64,000 bases of DNA from an uncultured Parcubacteria group bacterium (GCA_903944135.1 CAJAQL010000016.1:1903-65902); one strand, 5' to 3'. Positions 1 to 10,912 are shown, counted from the stretch's first letter. The notes: generated by a model from the letters alone, not told the origin. Made by a program: numbers and translations.

Positions 1-538
1 CAACCGCAACAGTGGCGGTTGCAGTGTATTCATCCGCCATGCCGCCATCGGCAACATTATCGCTCGTAAGTTCGATCACATCCCCTGCAACGGTATAAGT
101 CGTAGTGTTTACGCGCGTAACCGATGTTACCACGACATGATCCGGCCATGGACTTGAAACCTGCCGCCCCGGCGCCTTCGCGGGATTTTGCATCCATGCC
201 GCGAGAAGCGAAGGCGAAACCAGATCACGATAGTTATCGGCGACCGCCTGCGCGGCGATCTTTTTCGGAGCATTCGTTGAAACGAATTGCATCACCCTGC
301 CGAAATTCGTGACAACATTGTCAACTGCGACCTCTACCGGATCGCTCCCCTGCTTCACGAAAACCTTGCCGTAAGCCTCGCATTGGAGCGGATAGGTTTT
401 CGAGGCAGGGAAACCGGCACCGACACAGTCATCAAAACTTCCGATCGCCACCCGGCGGTAATAATTCAGACAAAAAACACTGCCCACAACGAGCAGCGCC
501 GCCACGATTGCTAAAAGGATCCATTTTCGCTTCATCAT
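1..538 (-). CDS. Membrane-anchored hypothetical protein (partial, runs off the window start)
   Basis: Manual translation MMKRKWILLAIVAALLVVGSVF (TM) followed by SFDDCVGAGFPASKTYPLQC and PGRQVSSPWPD motifs. No stop inside the window. The frame is open up to 748, but 538/535 is the likelier start. Confidence 0.7.
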   Translation of the reverse strand, partial: MMKRKWILLAIVAALLVVGSVFCLNYYRRVAIGSFDDCVGAGFPASKTYPLQCEAYGKVFVKQGSDPVEVAVDNVVTNFGRVMQFVSTNAPKKIAAQAVADNYRDLVSPSLLAAWMQNPAKAPGRQVSSPWPDHVVVTSVTRVNTTTYTVAGDVIELTSDNVADGGMADEYTATATVAV

Positions 539-874
539 TATTACATTCTCCTGTTTTTTGGTGGATACGGCAAGAGACAATATTCTTTTTCGGAATATCG
601 CTTTTATATTCTCTATTTTATCACGCACGATCTCTATGCCTGCATGACATAAATTTGCCCCTCGAATTTCGCGGGATCCTCGATTCGCATAAACAAAACA
701 CAACCTTCTTGATTTCAAAGGTTTGTGGCTTACCACGAGTGAGATCATTAAAATGATTGCTTGCCCCACGCCGCTGAAGCTCCGCGGGGCACTACTTCGC
801 GCCCTTAACCGAAGCTTCATCTGATTGGAAACGTGCTTGCACCGCGAAGCCCTTGACTCTTATCAAGGGCGAAG

Positions 875-948
875 TGGTGGACCGAGGGAGAATCGGACTC
901 CCGCCTCCGCAATGCGAATGCGGCGTAATACCACTTTACTATCGGCCC
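875..948 (-). tRNA. tRNA-Ala(CGC), CCA encoded
   Basis: Cloverleaf GGGCCGA...TCGGTCC-A-CCA; anticodon arm CCGCA-TT-CGC-AT-TGCGG; T-loop TCCGATT. Confidence 0.92.
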
Positions 949-1010
949 GAAAACACAATGATAACAGTACCAAGAATATCAAAACCAGCAGGAAAAACAA
1001 GCAGGAAGTC

Positions 1011-1493
1011 TCACAAAGAGAAAATCTCTTGATTCTCCAGCGCCTTCAACCCGATCTCGAATATCTCTTTCATATGGGGGATATCACGGAGCACGCGGCG
1101 AGCATCTTGCTCTTCAAGCCAGATCGCACCCCTGATCTCATCCGGCGGCAATATAAGCGGCACCCTTCCTTTCATATGGACAAGGAATGGATAGATTATG
1201 GTATTTTTTTGATACCGTTCCGATTTTGGATTGCGGTACAGATCTTCATATTCCTTTTCCCAATCAATACGGCTCATCAGATAATCCTTCGGCGCCAACC
1301 CGAGCTCCTCGCACAGCTCCCGCTCAAGCGCGCCTTCAAGATCTTTATCTTCTAAATCCTTGCATCCGCCGGGAATCGTAAAACCTCCTCCGCATTCCTG
1401 CGTGATCAAAAACAATCTTTTATCTCCCTCTTTTCTCCAAACAACAGCCCTGACATTCTTCATTTTACCGTCCGAAAGATCAAGATTGGCCAT
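1011..1493 (-). CDS. NUDIX hydrolase
   Basis: Nudix box PGGCKDLEDKDLEGALERELCEELGL. Confidence 0.85.
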   Translation of the reverse strand: MANLDLSDGKMKNVRAVVWRKEGDKRLFLITQECGGGFTIPGGCKDLEDKDLEGALERELCEELGLAPKDYLMSRIDWEKEYEDLYRNPKSERYQKNTIIYPFLVHMKGRVPLILPPDEIRGAIWLEEQDARRVLRDIPHMKEIFEIGLKALENQEIFSL

Positions 1494-1538
1494 GGAGATA
1501 TTATTTCCTATGTTCTTGAGAATATGGGAATAAATGGA

Positions 1539-3716
1539 TCATTCTTCGAATTTCATCGAAACGATCTTTGAGGTTCCGTCGTCGTCGAGCGTCACGCCAT
1601 AGAGCACATCAGCGGATTCCATCGTCGCGCGATTGTGGGTTACCACGATGAACTGCGTGTGCTTCGAAAATTCGCGGAGCATCTCGGAGAACCGGCGCGC
1701 ATTGCGTTCATCGAGCGGCGCATCGACCTCGTCAAGCACGAGGAACGGCGGCGGACTTACCGATATCATCGCGAAGACCGCGGCAATGCCGACCAGGCTC
1801 CGCTCGCCGCCCGAAAGAACGTCGAGCGATGTTATTTTTTTCCGCGGAAGCTTCACGTCGATCTCAATGCCGTTATTGTCTTCGGGGGCAATATCTTCCT
1901 CTGCCGCTTCTTCGGTCTCGGCCGGAACATCTTCCTCTTCATCGATTCTCGGCTTGTCAATTTTCGGTTTAAGGATCTTTAATTTCGCCGACCCGCCGCC
2001 GAACATCACCGTGAAGAACTTCTCGAACTCCTTGTTGATCTTTTCGAGCGAACCCTCGAACTCCGTCTTGATCTTTTCCGAAAGCTCCTGCATGAGCTTC
2101 GTGAGGTCGCGGACGGCCGCCTCGAGATCTTCGGATTCTTTTGCGAGGAATCCGTAGCGCGATTCAGTGTCTTTCGCCTCCTTCATAAGCGCCTCATCGA
2201 CTTCGCCGATCGACGCAAGATCGCCACGCAAGCGGAACATGCGCCGTTCCATCTCGGAGAGATCGCCACGCTGCGAAACACTTGCCGCATCCGTCGGTGC
2301 GAATTCTTCCGGCCGACGGCCTGATTGCTCTATCTGACGCGACATTTCCTCGCGTCGCAGGTCAAGGCGCTCGCGCTCAAGGACAAAGCTGCGATTCCGA
2401 TTTTCCCATTCCCCGATCCTGTTTTTGGCGATCTGCACCTCTCCGACTGCCGCCTTGAACATCTGATAGAAACCTTCCTGGCCCTTCTCAAAAAGCTGCT
2501 CCTTTTTCCGAAGCTCGGCGATCTCTGCGTCAAGCGCACGGAAATCTTTGGTGATTTTTTCGAATTCTTTCCGCAAGCCTTCCGGGATTTCCGCCGGAGC
2601 CTCCTCCTTTTCATCCAACGTAAGATCGATCTCCTCGAGCATTTTTTCGACGGTTGCGTGCAGTTCGCGGACATCTTCCTCGAGTGCGCGTTCAAGCTCG
2701 ATCCTCATTTTTCTCACAAGTTCCAGAAGTTTTTCCGCGGGATACCCCGCACGCGCTTTCGGCGTTGCCGCCATTTCCATCTGTGCCTCAAGCCGCCCAA
2801 GGTCCTTCTGCATTACGTTCCGTCGATCCATGAGCGCGCGAATATCTTCCTTGATCTTGCCCAGTTCCTTTTTTTCCTCCGGCTGGCTCGCTTCGATATC
2901 CGCCTGGCGCTTTTCCGCCGCACGCAGAGCCGCGTCAAGCGCCTCGCGTTGCTTTTTGTTCTCCGCGATCTTCTCTCCGATAAGGCTTTCACTGACGGCA
3001 ATATCCTTCAACTGCGAACCAAAAAAATCATTCTCCAGATTTCGTAGTTCCTCCGCAAGCTCGCCGCGGCGTTCCCAGCGCCCCGTCTGGCGTTTGAGAG
3101 ATCGCAGATGCGGCAAGATCTCCTCGATAAGCGCCTTGGTTTTATCGAGATTGATGCGGCTGTTCCTCAATCGCCGCTCGGCATCTGTTTTCTTCAATTG
3201 ATACTCACGAAGCCCCAACATTTCCTCGATCATCTCACGGCGCTCCATCGGGGTCGAACGGATAAAAAGATCGCTGTCGCCCTGTCCGATGATGATGAGC
3301 CCCTTGGATCCGAGCCGCGCTTTCGCGAAGAAATCGATGAGGTCGCGCAAAAGGATCTCCGATTTGTTCAGAAAATATTTACTTTCGCCGCCGCGCGAGA
3401 TCTGGCGGGTGACGACCACTTCCTCGAAATCGACCGGAAAGAACTTGTTCTTGTTCTCGAAATGCAGACTGGCGCTCGCCATACCGACGCGGGCACGTTT
3501 CTGGGTTCCTGCAAAAATAAGATCTTCAACTTTGCTGCCGCGCAGATTCTTAGCATCCCGCTCCCCCAAAAGCCAGCGGATGGAATCGACGACATTCGAT
3601 TTTCCGCTGCCATTCGGTCCGACGATCGCCACAATGCCCGCCGGAAATTCCAGGACCGTCTTATTGGCAAAGGATTTAAAACCGTTCAGTTCGAGTTTTT
3701 TTAAAAAATGAGACAT
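1539..3716 (-). CDS. smc: Chromosome segregation ATPase SMC (short, 725 aa)
   Basis: GFKSF, Walker A GPNGSGKS, signature LSGGE, Walker B LDEVDAPLD; downstream of rnc; scpA/scpB present in the window. Confidence 0.9.
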   Translation of the reverse strand: MSHFLKKLELNGFKSFANKTVLEFPAGIVAIVGPNGSGKSNVVDSIRWLLGERDAKNLRGSKVEDLIFAGTQKRARVGMASASLHFENKNKFFPVDFEEVVVTRQISRGGESKYFLNKSEILLRDLIDFFAKARLGSKGLIIIGQGDSDLFIRSTPMERREMIEEMLGLREYQLKKTDAERRLRNSRINLDKTKALIEEILPHLRSLKRQTGRWERRGELAEELRNLENDFFGSQLKDIAVSESLIGEKIAENKKQREALDAALRAAEKRQADIEASQPEEKKELGKIKEDIRALMDRRNVMQKDLGRLEAQMEMAATPKARAGYPAEKLLELVRKMRIELERALEEDVRELHATVEKMLEEIDLTLDEKEEAPAEIPEGLRKEFEKITKDFRALDAEIAELRKKEQLFEKGQEGFYQMFKAAVGEVQIAKNRIGEWENRNRSFVLERERLDLRREEMSRQIEQSGRRPEEFAPTDAASVSQRGDLSEMERRMFRLRGDLASIGEVDEALMKEAKDTESRYGFLAKESEDLEAAVRDLTKLMQELSEKIKTEFEGSLEKINKEFEKFFTVMFGGGSAKLKILKPKIDKPRIDEEEDVPAETEEAAEEDIAPEDNNGIEIDVKLPRKKITSLDVLSGGERSLVGIAAVFAMISVSPPPFLVLDEVDAPLDERNARRFSEMLREFSKHTQFIVVTHNRATMESADVLYGVTLDDDGTSKIVSMKFEE

Positions 3717-3757
3717 TTTTCTTTCATTTCCGGAAAACAGGGATCCTTCTTGAGAAA

Positions 3758-4444
3758 TTACTTTCCATATTTCTGAAGCGCGCTTTTTGCAGCTTCGATC
3801 TCGGCATCCTGTTTTGAAAGCCCTTCCCCTTCTGCGATCAGCTTATCGCCAAAATAGACGCCCATCGTAAAACGGCGCTCATGAGCCGGACCTGATTCGT
3901 CCCGCACGGCATAGGTCGGCGTCACTTTTAATTTTTCCTGAATGATCTCCTGCAGTTCGCTTTTCGCATCCTTATAGCTCTTTGTTTTCAAGACCTCGTC
4001 AAGATGAACCAGTACGAATTTCTCAACGAACGCGCGCGTCGTTTCGAACCCCTGGTCAAGATAGATGGCGCCGATCACCGCTTCGATCGCGTTCGCCAAA
4101 ATGACCTCGCGCGCCCGGCCAGTATCCTTCCGCTCGCCGCGCGACATGAGGATGAAGTCCTGAAGATCGATATTCTCGGCGACCCGCGCAAGGATCTGAT
4201 AGTTCACGAGTGCCGCACGGAGAACCGTCAACTGGCCCTCCGGCTGTTTCGGAAATTTTCGGAAGAGGGCATCTGTCACGATAAGCTCAAGTACGGCATC
4301 GCCCAGATATTCAAGCCTCTCATTATGCGGCAAATGCCAATGCGGATATTCATTCAGGTAGGAACGATGGGTCAGAGCCTCGATGATCAGGTCCTTGTTC
4401 TTGAAAATGACGCCTATCTTCTTCCCGTATTCTTCAGGGTTCAT
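3758..4444 (-). CDS. rnc: Ribonuclease III
   Basis: [12 protein letters not shown] signature and C-terminal dsRBD. Confidence 0.96.
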   Translation of the reverse strand: MNPEEYGKKIGVIFKNKDLIIEALTHRSYLNEYPHWHLPHNERLEYLGDAVLELIVTDALFRKFPKQPEGQLTVLRAALVNYQILARVAENIDLQDFILMSRGERKDTGRAREVILANAIEAVIGAIYLDQGFETTRAFVEKFVLVHLDEVLKTKSYKDAKSELQEIIQEKLKVTPTYAVRDESGPAHERRFTMGVYFGDKLIAEGEGLSKQDAEIEAAKSALQKYGK

Positions 4445-4932
4445 GGTTTTTTCGCTTGCCCGCCATCAGGCGGCGTCTGTTGTTCGATTTTCTTTTTGGT
4501 ATTATGCCCTTCAGGATCCTCCATTTCGCGATAGATCGTCCCCAGAACTCCGTTCACGAACCGCGACGTGTTCGGCCCGCCATAATTTTTAGCCAGCTCT
4601 ATCGCCTCATTGATCGCAACGCGCGGCGGCACTTCATTATGGTCCGCAAACAGAAGTTCATACAGGCCGATACGCAGGATATTGCGGTCCATGACCGCGA
4701 TCTTATCAACCGGCCAGTCGGGGGCCGCCTTCGTGAGGATTTCGTCGATCTCCGTAAGATGTTCGATGACTCCCTTTAAAATGCGCCACGCAAAATCCGG
4801 TTCATCGATGCCCGGCGCAAATTCTTCAAGATTCCGTTCGAGAATGGCGGTGACGTCTTTCTCTTGCTTATAAAAATCCCACTCGTAGAGTGTCTGCAGA
4901 ATAACGGTCCTTATAAGATGCCTTGTTGCCAT
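4441..4932 (-). CDS. nusB: Transcription antitermination factor NusB
   Basis: [23 protein letters not shown]; start placed at MATRHL. Confidence 0.94.
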   Translation of the reverse strand: MATRHLIRTVILQTLYEWDFYKQEKDVTAILERNLEEFAPGIDEPDFAWRILKGVIEHLTEIDEILTKAAPDWPVDKIAVMDRNILRIGLYELLFADHNEVPPRVAINEAIELAKNYGGPNTSRFVNGVLGTIYREMEDPEGHNTKKKIEQQTPPDGGQAKKP

Positions 4933-4994
4933 GATTGAAAAGAACAATTATCAAACGTTCTCGGCCCCTAAAAAACAAGCACCCGCCTCGGCGC

Positions 4995-5147
4995 TTATTT
5001 CTTTCCGCACTGCGCACAAAGGCGATGTGCCATTCTCGGCGCGCCGCAGTTCTTGCAAACCATCAGCCGCTCTTTTTTCATCGCCAAATGAGACCGTCGC
5101 CGGCCCACTTTGCCATGGGTATGATGTTTTACTGGTACGCCTGCCAT
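4995..5147 (-). CDS. rpmF: 50S ribosomal protein L32 (not in the ORF track)
   Basis: Manual translation MAGVPVKHHTHGKVGRRRSHLAMKKERLMVCKNCGAPRMAHRLCAQCGKK with two CxxC motifs. Confidence 0.93.
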   Translation of the reverse strand: MAGVPVKHHTHGKVGRRRSHLAMKKERLMVCKNCGAPRMAHRLCAQCGKK

Positions 5148-5202
5148 AGTGGTTATATGATATTCCATCATCCCAAAAACCGCAAGAGGGTGTCTGGTTT
5201 TA

Positions 5203-5246
5203 AAGAGTCCACCTCAGGGGACGGCCGTCCCCAAAGGTGGACTCTT
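5203..5246 (-). terminator. Hairpin downstream of groEL, probable terminator
   Basis: AAGAGTCCACCT...AGGTGGACTCTT inverted repeat with an inner GGGGAC/GTCCCC stem. Confidence 0.55.
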
Positions 5247-5299
5247 AAGACAGAAATCCGCTGCTTCAAAATAACGGTCAACAACCCTTAACCCTTATC

Positions 5300-7230
<1,931 letters not shown>

Positions 7231-7300
7231 TTTTTTATTTTTTAGGATCCATTCTCGTTTTGAATGCCATACTCGGCATATCGAAACGAGAACGGACTTT

Positions 7301-7327
7301 TTAGCACTCGTGGACCAAGAGTGCTAA
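7301..7327. promoter_or_regulatory. CIRCE element (HrcA operator)
   Basis: Perfect TTAGCACTC-N9-GAGTGCTAA upstream of groES. Confidence 0.96.
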
Positions 7328-7331
7328 TAGC

Positions 7332-7359
7332 ATTTTAGCCCTTGCGCCGACCGTGTCAA
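7332..7359 (-). promoter_or_regulatory. sigma70-type promoter of groESL
   Basis: Minus-strand TTGACA-16 nt-TAAAAT immediately upstream of CIRCE. Confidence 0.8.
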
Positions 7360-7488
7360 GAACCCGTGGTACCATTGAAAAATATTTTAAAGATACCCCC
7401 AAGGAACCGCTCGTTCACCCAAACGAACGATCAAGCGATAATGCTATACTAAAAGAAAAGGTCGGCACATCGTTTGTTATATTTCCCA

Positions 7489-7704
7489 ATGGAACGCATT
7501 GAAATCGTTTTAAAATCTCTCCGCAGTATGGCTTGGATGTTCGCTCTTCAGGGCATCCTTGCGATCGTTTTCGGTTTTCTCATCATCCTCTATCCACCGA
7601 TTCTCGCAATCCTCGTTGGAACGATCCTTGTTATCGCCGGCATCGTAGGCATCATTGCGGCGATCATGATCGGCAAGGTCTCGAAGATTAAATTGGAAGC
7701 GTAG
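7489..7704 (+). CDS. Small two-TM membrane protein
   Basis: Two hydrophobic helices; upstream TGcTATACT -10 box; downstream terminator. Confidence 0.7.
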   Translation: MERIEIVLKSLRSMAWMFALQGILAIVFGFLIILYPPILAILVGTILVIAGIVGIIAAIMIGKVSKIKLEA

Positions 7705-7728
7705 ATCTTTGCTCCATACATAAAATAT

Positions 7729-7762
7729 AAAAAGCGCCTGTTCTTGCGAACGGGCGCTTTTT
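7729..7762. terminator. Bidirectional intrinsic terminator
   Basis: AAAAAGCGCCTGTTC...GAACGGGCGCTTTTT between convergent genes. Confidence 0.75.
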
Positions 7763-7789
7763 ACATCAGCAGTCTTCCATGAATATCCC

Positions 7790-8707
7790 TCACCTCTTGA
7801 ACTGATCATAGATATTGAGCACCGCCTTGATAGCGTCGCCGGCAGAAATATTATTCTGTTTATAGAGAACGTCGCTTACGTCGCCGGCTGCCCAGATGCC
7901 CGGGCACGACGTCGCCTGCGTCTTTGCATCAACCTTCACGGCACCATACGCGTCACGATCCACAAGATCCTTCACGAAATCGGAATTCGGCAAAAGTCCG
8001 ATCTCCACAAAAACACCATCGAGCGGGAGTTCTTTTATCTCGCCGCTTTTGACGTTCTGGTACGTTATCCCGGTTACGAGATCCTTTCCTTCCACCCCCT
8101 GCACAACCGCATTCCAAACGATCTCAACTTTGGGTTCGTTCTTTATCTTTTCCTGCGTTATCGGGTCGCCTTTCAATATCTCCGAACGGATCATGAGGTA
8201 TATTTTCGAGGCATACGGCAAAAGATCGATCACGGACTCAAGTGCGGAATTGCCGCCGCCTACGACCGCGACCGTCTTTTCTCCGAAAAGCGGCGCATCA
8301 CAGATCGAACAATACACCACGCCCTTGCCTTCAAATGCCGCCTCGCCCGGAACGCCGAGCTTTTTGCGACTGCTCCCGGAAACAAGAAGGATATATTTGG
8401 TCTCATAGGTTTTGGCGTTCTTTGTGGCAAGCGAAAATGAACCGTCCTCTTTTTTTTGCACGGCCATAACCCTATCGTCGTCCACGATCTCAATTCCTTT
8501 CTGTGCACGGAGATGACCTTCAAGATTTTTCGCGAGATCAAAACCGGAAATTGACGGCGTACCGATCCAATTCTGGATCTCGGCCGAAACCACCGACTGG
8601 CCGCCAAGGCCATCAGTAATTAAAAGCGTGCTCATCTTTTTGCGCGCAGCGTAAATGCCGGCCGCAATACCGGCAGGACCTCCTCCAATGATGATCAGAT
8701 CGTACAT
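7790..8707 (-). CDS. trxB: Thioredoxin reductase (TrxB/AhpF-C-like)
   Basis: GGGPAG FAD motif, CSICD redox centre, GGGNSA NADPH motif, AAGD. Confidence 0.88.
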   Translation of the reverse strand: MYDLIIIGGGPAGIAAGIYAARKKMSTLLITDGLGGQSVVSAEIQNWIGTPSISGFDLAKNLEGHLRAQKGIEIVDDDRVMAVQKKEDGSFSLATKNAKTYETKYILLVSGSSRKKLGVPGEAAFEGKGVVYCSICDAPLFGEKTVAVVGGGNSALESVIDLLPYASKIYLMIRSEILKGDPITQEKIKNEPKVEIVWNAVVQGVEGKDLVTGITYQNVKSGEIKELPLDGVFVEIGLLPNSDFVKDLVDRDAYGAVKVDAKTQATSCPGIWAAGDVSDVLYKQNNISAGDAIKAVLNIYDQFKR

Positions 8708-8722
8708 AGCTCTATAATGATA

Positions 8723-9295
8723 TCACGAAGTTGCCGCAATGCTTTCATTTTCTTTCGTCGGCGCCAGTTGCAAGGCGGTTCTCACGTCACGAAACAGCCA
8801 ATGGATGAACCATCCTGAAATAACGCCTATCAGAGCGCCAATAACGATATCGAGCGGCCAATGTACGCCGACATAGATCCGCGCGACACCCATGATGGCC
8901 GAGAGCGCAAAATACCATATCCCCCATTTTCGATTTGCGTACCAAACCGCAAGTGAGAGCGCAAAAAACCAAGTCATATGCCCCGATGGGAACGAGGGGC
9001 CGCTCTCGCCGATCAGCGGGGAAAAACCAAGCAAGACGAACGGGCGCGCCACCTTATAGAAAAATCTGATACCTTCCGTAAGAATGCCCCGAGAGAGAAT
9101 CACAGCGAGCGTTCCTTCCGCAAAAAGATAGAACCTTCGCCGTGCGCCCGACTCGCGGAACACCAAGACAAGAAACCCGATGACCAGAAGATAGGGCAGG
9201 TATTCCGCAAAAAAAATACCGAGAACATCAGTGAAAACCGAATGTCCGCTCAGATTATGGATGACATTGAAAAGAGAAAGATTCCAAAAAGGCAT
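8723..9295 (-). CDS. PAP2-family phosphatase (BcrC-like undecaprenyl-PP phosphatase)
   Basis: RP, SFPSGH and RIYVGVHWPLD motifs; TM helices. Confidence 0.88.
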   Translation of the reverse strand: MPFWNLSLFNVIHNLSGHSVFTDVLGIFFAEYLPYLLVIGFLVLVFRESGARRRFYLFAEGTLAVILSRGILTEGIRFFYKVARPFVLLGFSPLIGESGPSFPSGHMTWFFALSLAVWYANRKWGIWYFALSAIMGVARIYVGVHWPLDIVIGALIGVISGWFIHWLFRDVRTALQLAPTKENESIAATS

Positions 9296-9358
9296 GAAAA
9301 GATTAAAGCACGGAATACCGGAAAATAAAAGATGAAGCAGGCCTGAATATGGAGGCGA

Positions 9359-10297
9359 TCATACAGATGCCGCCACCGCCTCCATTGCTTCTGTCGGCCC
9401 CTTCATGCGCGCAAGCACCGGCCCAAGCTTCTGTACGAAGTATTGGGCAACGCCGTACAACGCGTCAAGATCAACTTTTTTACTGACCGTTTTGTTGTCA
9501 TAGATGAAAAGATCATTGTTCACGATCTCGAGGCTTAATCCTCTGCATTTCTCCTCAAGCTCCGCCATGATATCGGGCGTGAATATCTCGAGCGCCTCGA
9601 CCTCGTATCCCTTTTTAATGCTCAAAGAAAAATATTTATTGAAATCCCCTTCAAGCTTGACGTGCTCAGAAAGCTGACCGAAAAGCTCGCCGCTAAAAAA
9701 AGATTCTTTCTTCTCCAGCAGGAGATCCGGCATGTCGACATCGAATTCCAGGCGAAACACCGTGTATGGATGCACTTGCCGCTGCTTCCCCTCGCCGGTC
9801 ACATATGAATAGAGGAAAAGCGAGATGGGACATCCGAAATATTCCCCGCTTACCGTATCGCGGACCGAGTGATCATGCCCTAAACGAAAAAGCGCACCAT
9901 CAAGCCCCACGGAGCTACCGGCGGGCGAGAAAATATAACCGTTCGCTTCAGCGAACTGACGCATGAATTCATCCTGAATACGCTGGCGCACAACCCCATA
10001 GGCGACGGCAAGCAACACCAAAGGAACCATGACAAGGATCGCGTCCGCACTATTATCGTTCCCTGCACTATTTAAAATGAAAACCGTAATGGCGCCGACC
10101 TCGAAGAGGACGATCACCGCGAGGCAAATGACGATCCTCCATAGATGCGCGCGGAGATACGTCACCATGCTCTGATCGACGCTCTGGATCTGTTCCTGAA
10201 CCGGCGCTGACACATCCGGCACGGCAACGGCAACATCCGATCCTTGCTCTGGGTCGTTATGAACCTCCACAACCTGATCCTCCATTGGCTCGTCCAT
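9359..10297 (-). CDS. Hypothetical membrane protein (2 TM plus soluble domain)
   Basis: Start re-placed at MDEPMEDQ because the longer ORF overlaps tRNA-Lys; LEGDFNKYF and EIFTPDIM motifs. Confidence 0.7.
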   Translation of the reverse strand: MDEPMEDQVVEVHNDPEQGSDVAVAVPDVSAPVQEQIQSVDQSMVTYLRAHLWRIVICLAVIVLFEVGAITVFILNSAGNDNSADAILVMVPLVLLAVAYGVVRQRIQDEFMRQFAEANGYIFSPAGSSVGLDGALFRLGHDHSVRDTVSGEYFGCPISLFLYSYVTGEGKQRQVHPYTVFRLEFDVDMPDLLLEKKESFFSGELFGQLSEHVKLEGDFNKYFSLSIKKGYEVEALEIFTPDIMAELEEKCRGLSLEIVNNDLFIYDNKTVSKKVDLDALYGVAQYFVQKLGPVLARMKGPTEAMEAVAASV

Positions 10298-10429
10298 ATG
10301 ATGATTTTTAAGATCCGCGAATATCGTCTGGCCCATCGGCAGCGAGGCAGCAATAAAAATGAATTTGCCTTGAGTGACGGGCTGGCAGTGAATCGAAAAT
10401 ATAAAGACGATGCCCCTTTTCGGGCATCG

Positions 10430-10491
10430 TGCCCCCACCAGGATTTGAATCCTCGTCTTCACGAGGACAGGCTCGCGGAACCGTCTCCTTA
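10430..10491 (-). pseudogene. 3' half of a second tRNA-Lys copy (anticodon loop to acceptor), with a small hairpin inserted in the T-arm region
   Basis: 10429-10449 identical to 10542-10562; GGAACCGTCTCCTTA matches inner GGGACCATCTCCTTA; hairpin TCCTCGT-CTTC-ACGAGGA inserted between them. Confidence 0.8.
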
Positions 10492-10542
10492 CCATCGGGA
10501 GTGAGGCGAAAATAAAAATATGATTAGCAGTTGCGGACAGAG

Positions 10543-10616
10543 TGCCCCCACCAGGATTTGAACCTGGGACCATCTCCTTAAAAGGGAGCTGCTCTACCAG
10601 ACTGAGCTATAGGGGC
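10543..10616 (-). tRNA. tRNA-Lys(TTT)
   Basis: GCCCCTA...TGGGGGC-A cloverleaf; loop CT-TTT-AA; T-loop TTCAAAT. Confidence 0.95.
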
Positions 10617-10694
10617 ACTCTGTCCGCAACTAACTTCATTTAATCATATTTTTATTTTCGACGAACGATCCGATGGGCAAAATTATTATTTTGC

Positions 10695-10731
10695 AAAAGG
10701 GAGCTGCTCTACCAGACTGAGCTATAGGGGC
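10695..10731 (-). pseudogene. 5' half of the second tRNA-Lys copy (first base through the anticodon)
   Basis: 37 nt identical to 10580-10616. Confidence 0.85.
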
Positions 10732-10838
10732 ACGACGCCAACAAAGAATCGTCTTTATATTTTCAATGAACTGTCCACCGTAGCGCGAGCGACGGCGGGA
10801 GCTATATTGGGGCAAAATTCACTTATCAACAACCTCCG

Positions 10839-10912
10839 CGCGGTCGGCCGGAATCGAACCGGTAACCCCCGCCGTGACAGGGCGGTGCTCTAACCAATTG
10901 AGCTACGACCGC
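10839..10912 (-). tRNA. tRNA-Asp(GTC)
   Basis: GCGGTCG...CGACCGC-G; anticodon arm CCGCC-CT-GTC-AC-GGCGG. Confidence 0.95.

Noticed and set aside
825-1355. Alternative-frame ORFs such as 825..1355, 2325..3047, 50743..51633 and 61313..61780
   Set aside because: They are antisense or frame shadows of well-supported genes and show no family motifs.
10298-10573. N-terminal extension of the 404-aa ORF 9359..10573
   Set aside because: It runs through tRNA-Lys and its repeat arms; the repeated FIF.ASLPM peptide is just the DNA repeat translated. The real start is probably 10297.
10492-10695. Group I intron in tRNA-Lys
   Set aside because: The boundaries (exon U, terminal G) could fit, but the insert is fully explained by inverted arms plus a tRNA, and no P7 or J8/7 catalytic core sequences are visible.
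10360-10820. CRISPR array or prophage att site
   Set aside because: The repeats are tRNA-derived and concentric rather than regularly spaced; no cas, integrase or phage genes are in the window.
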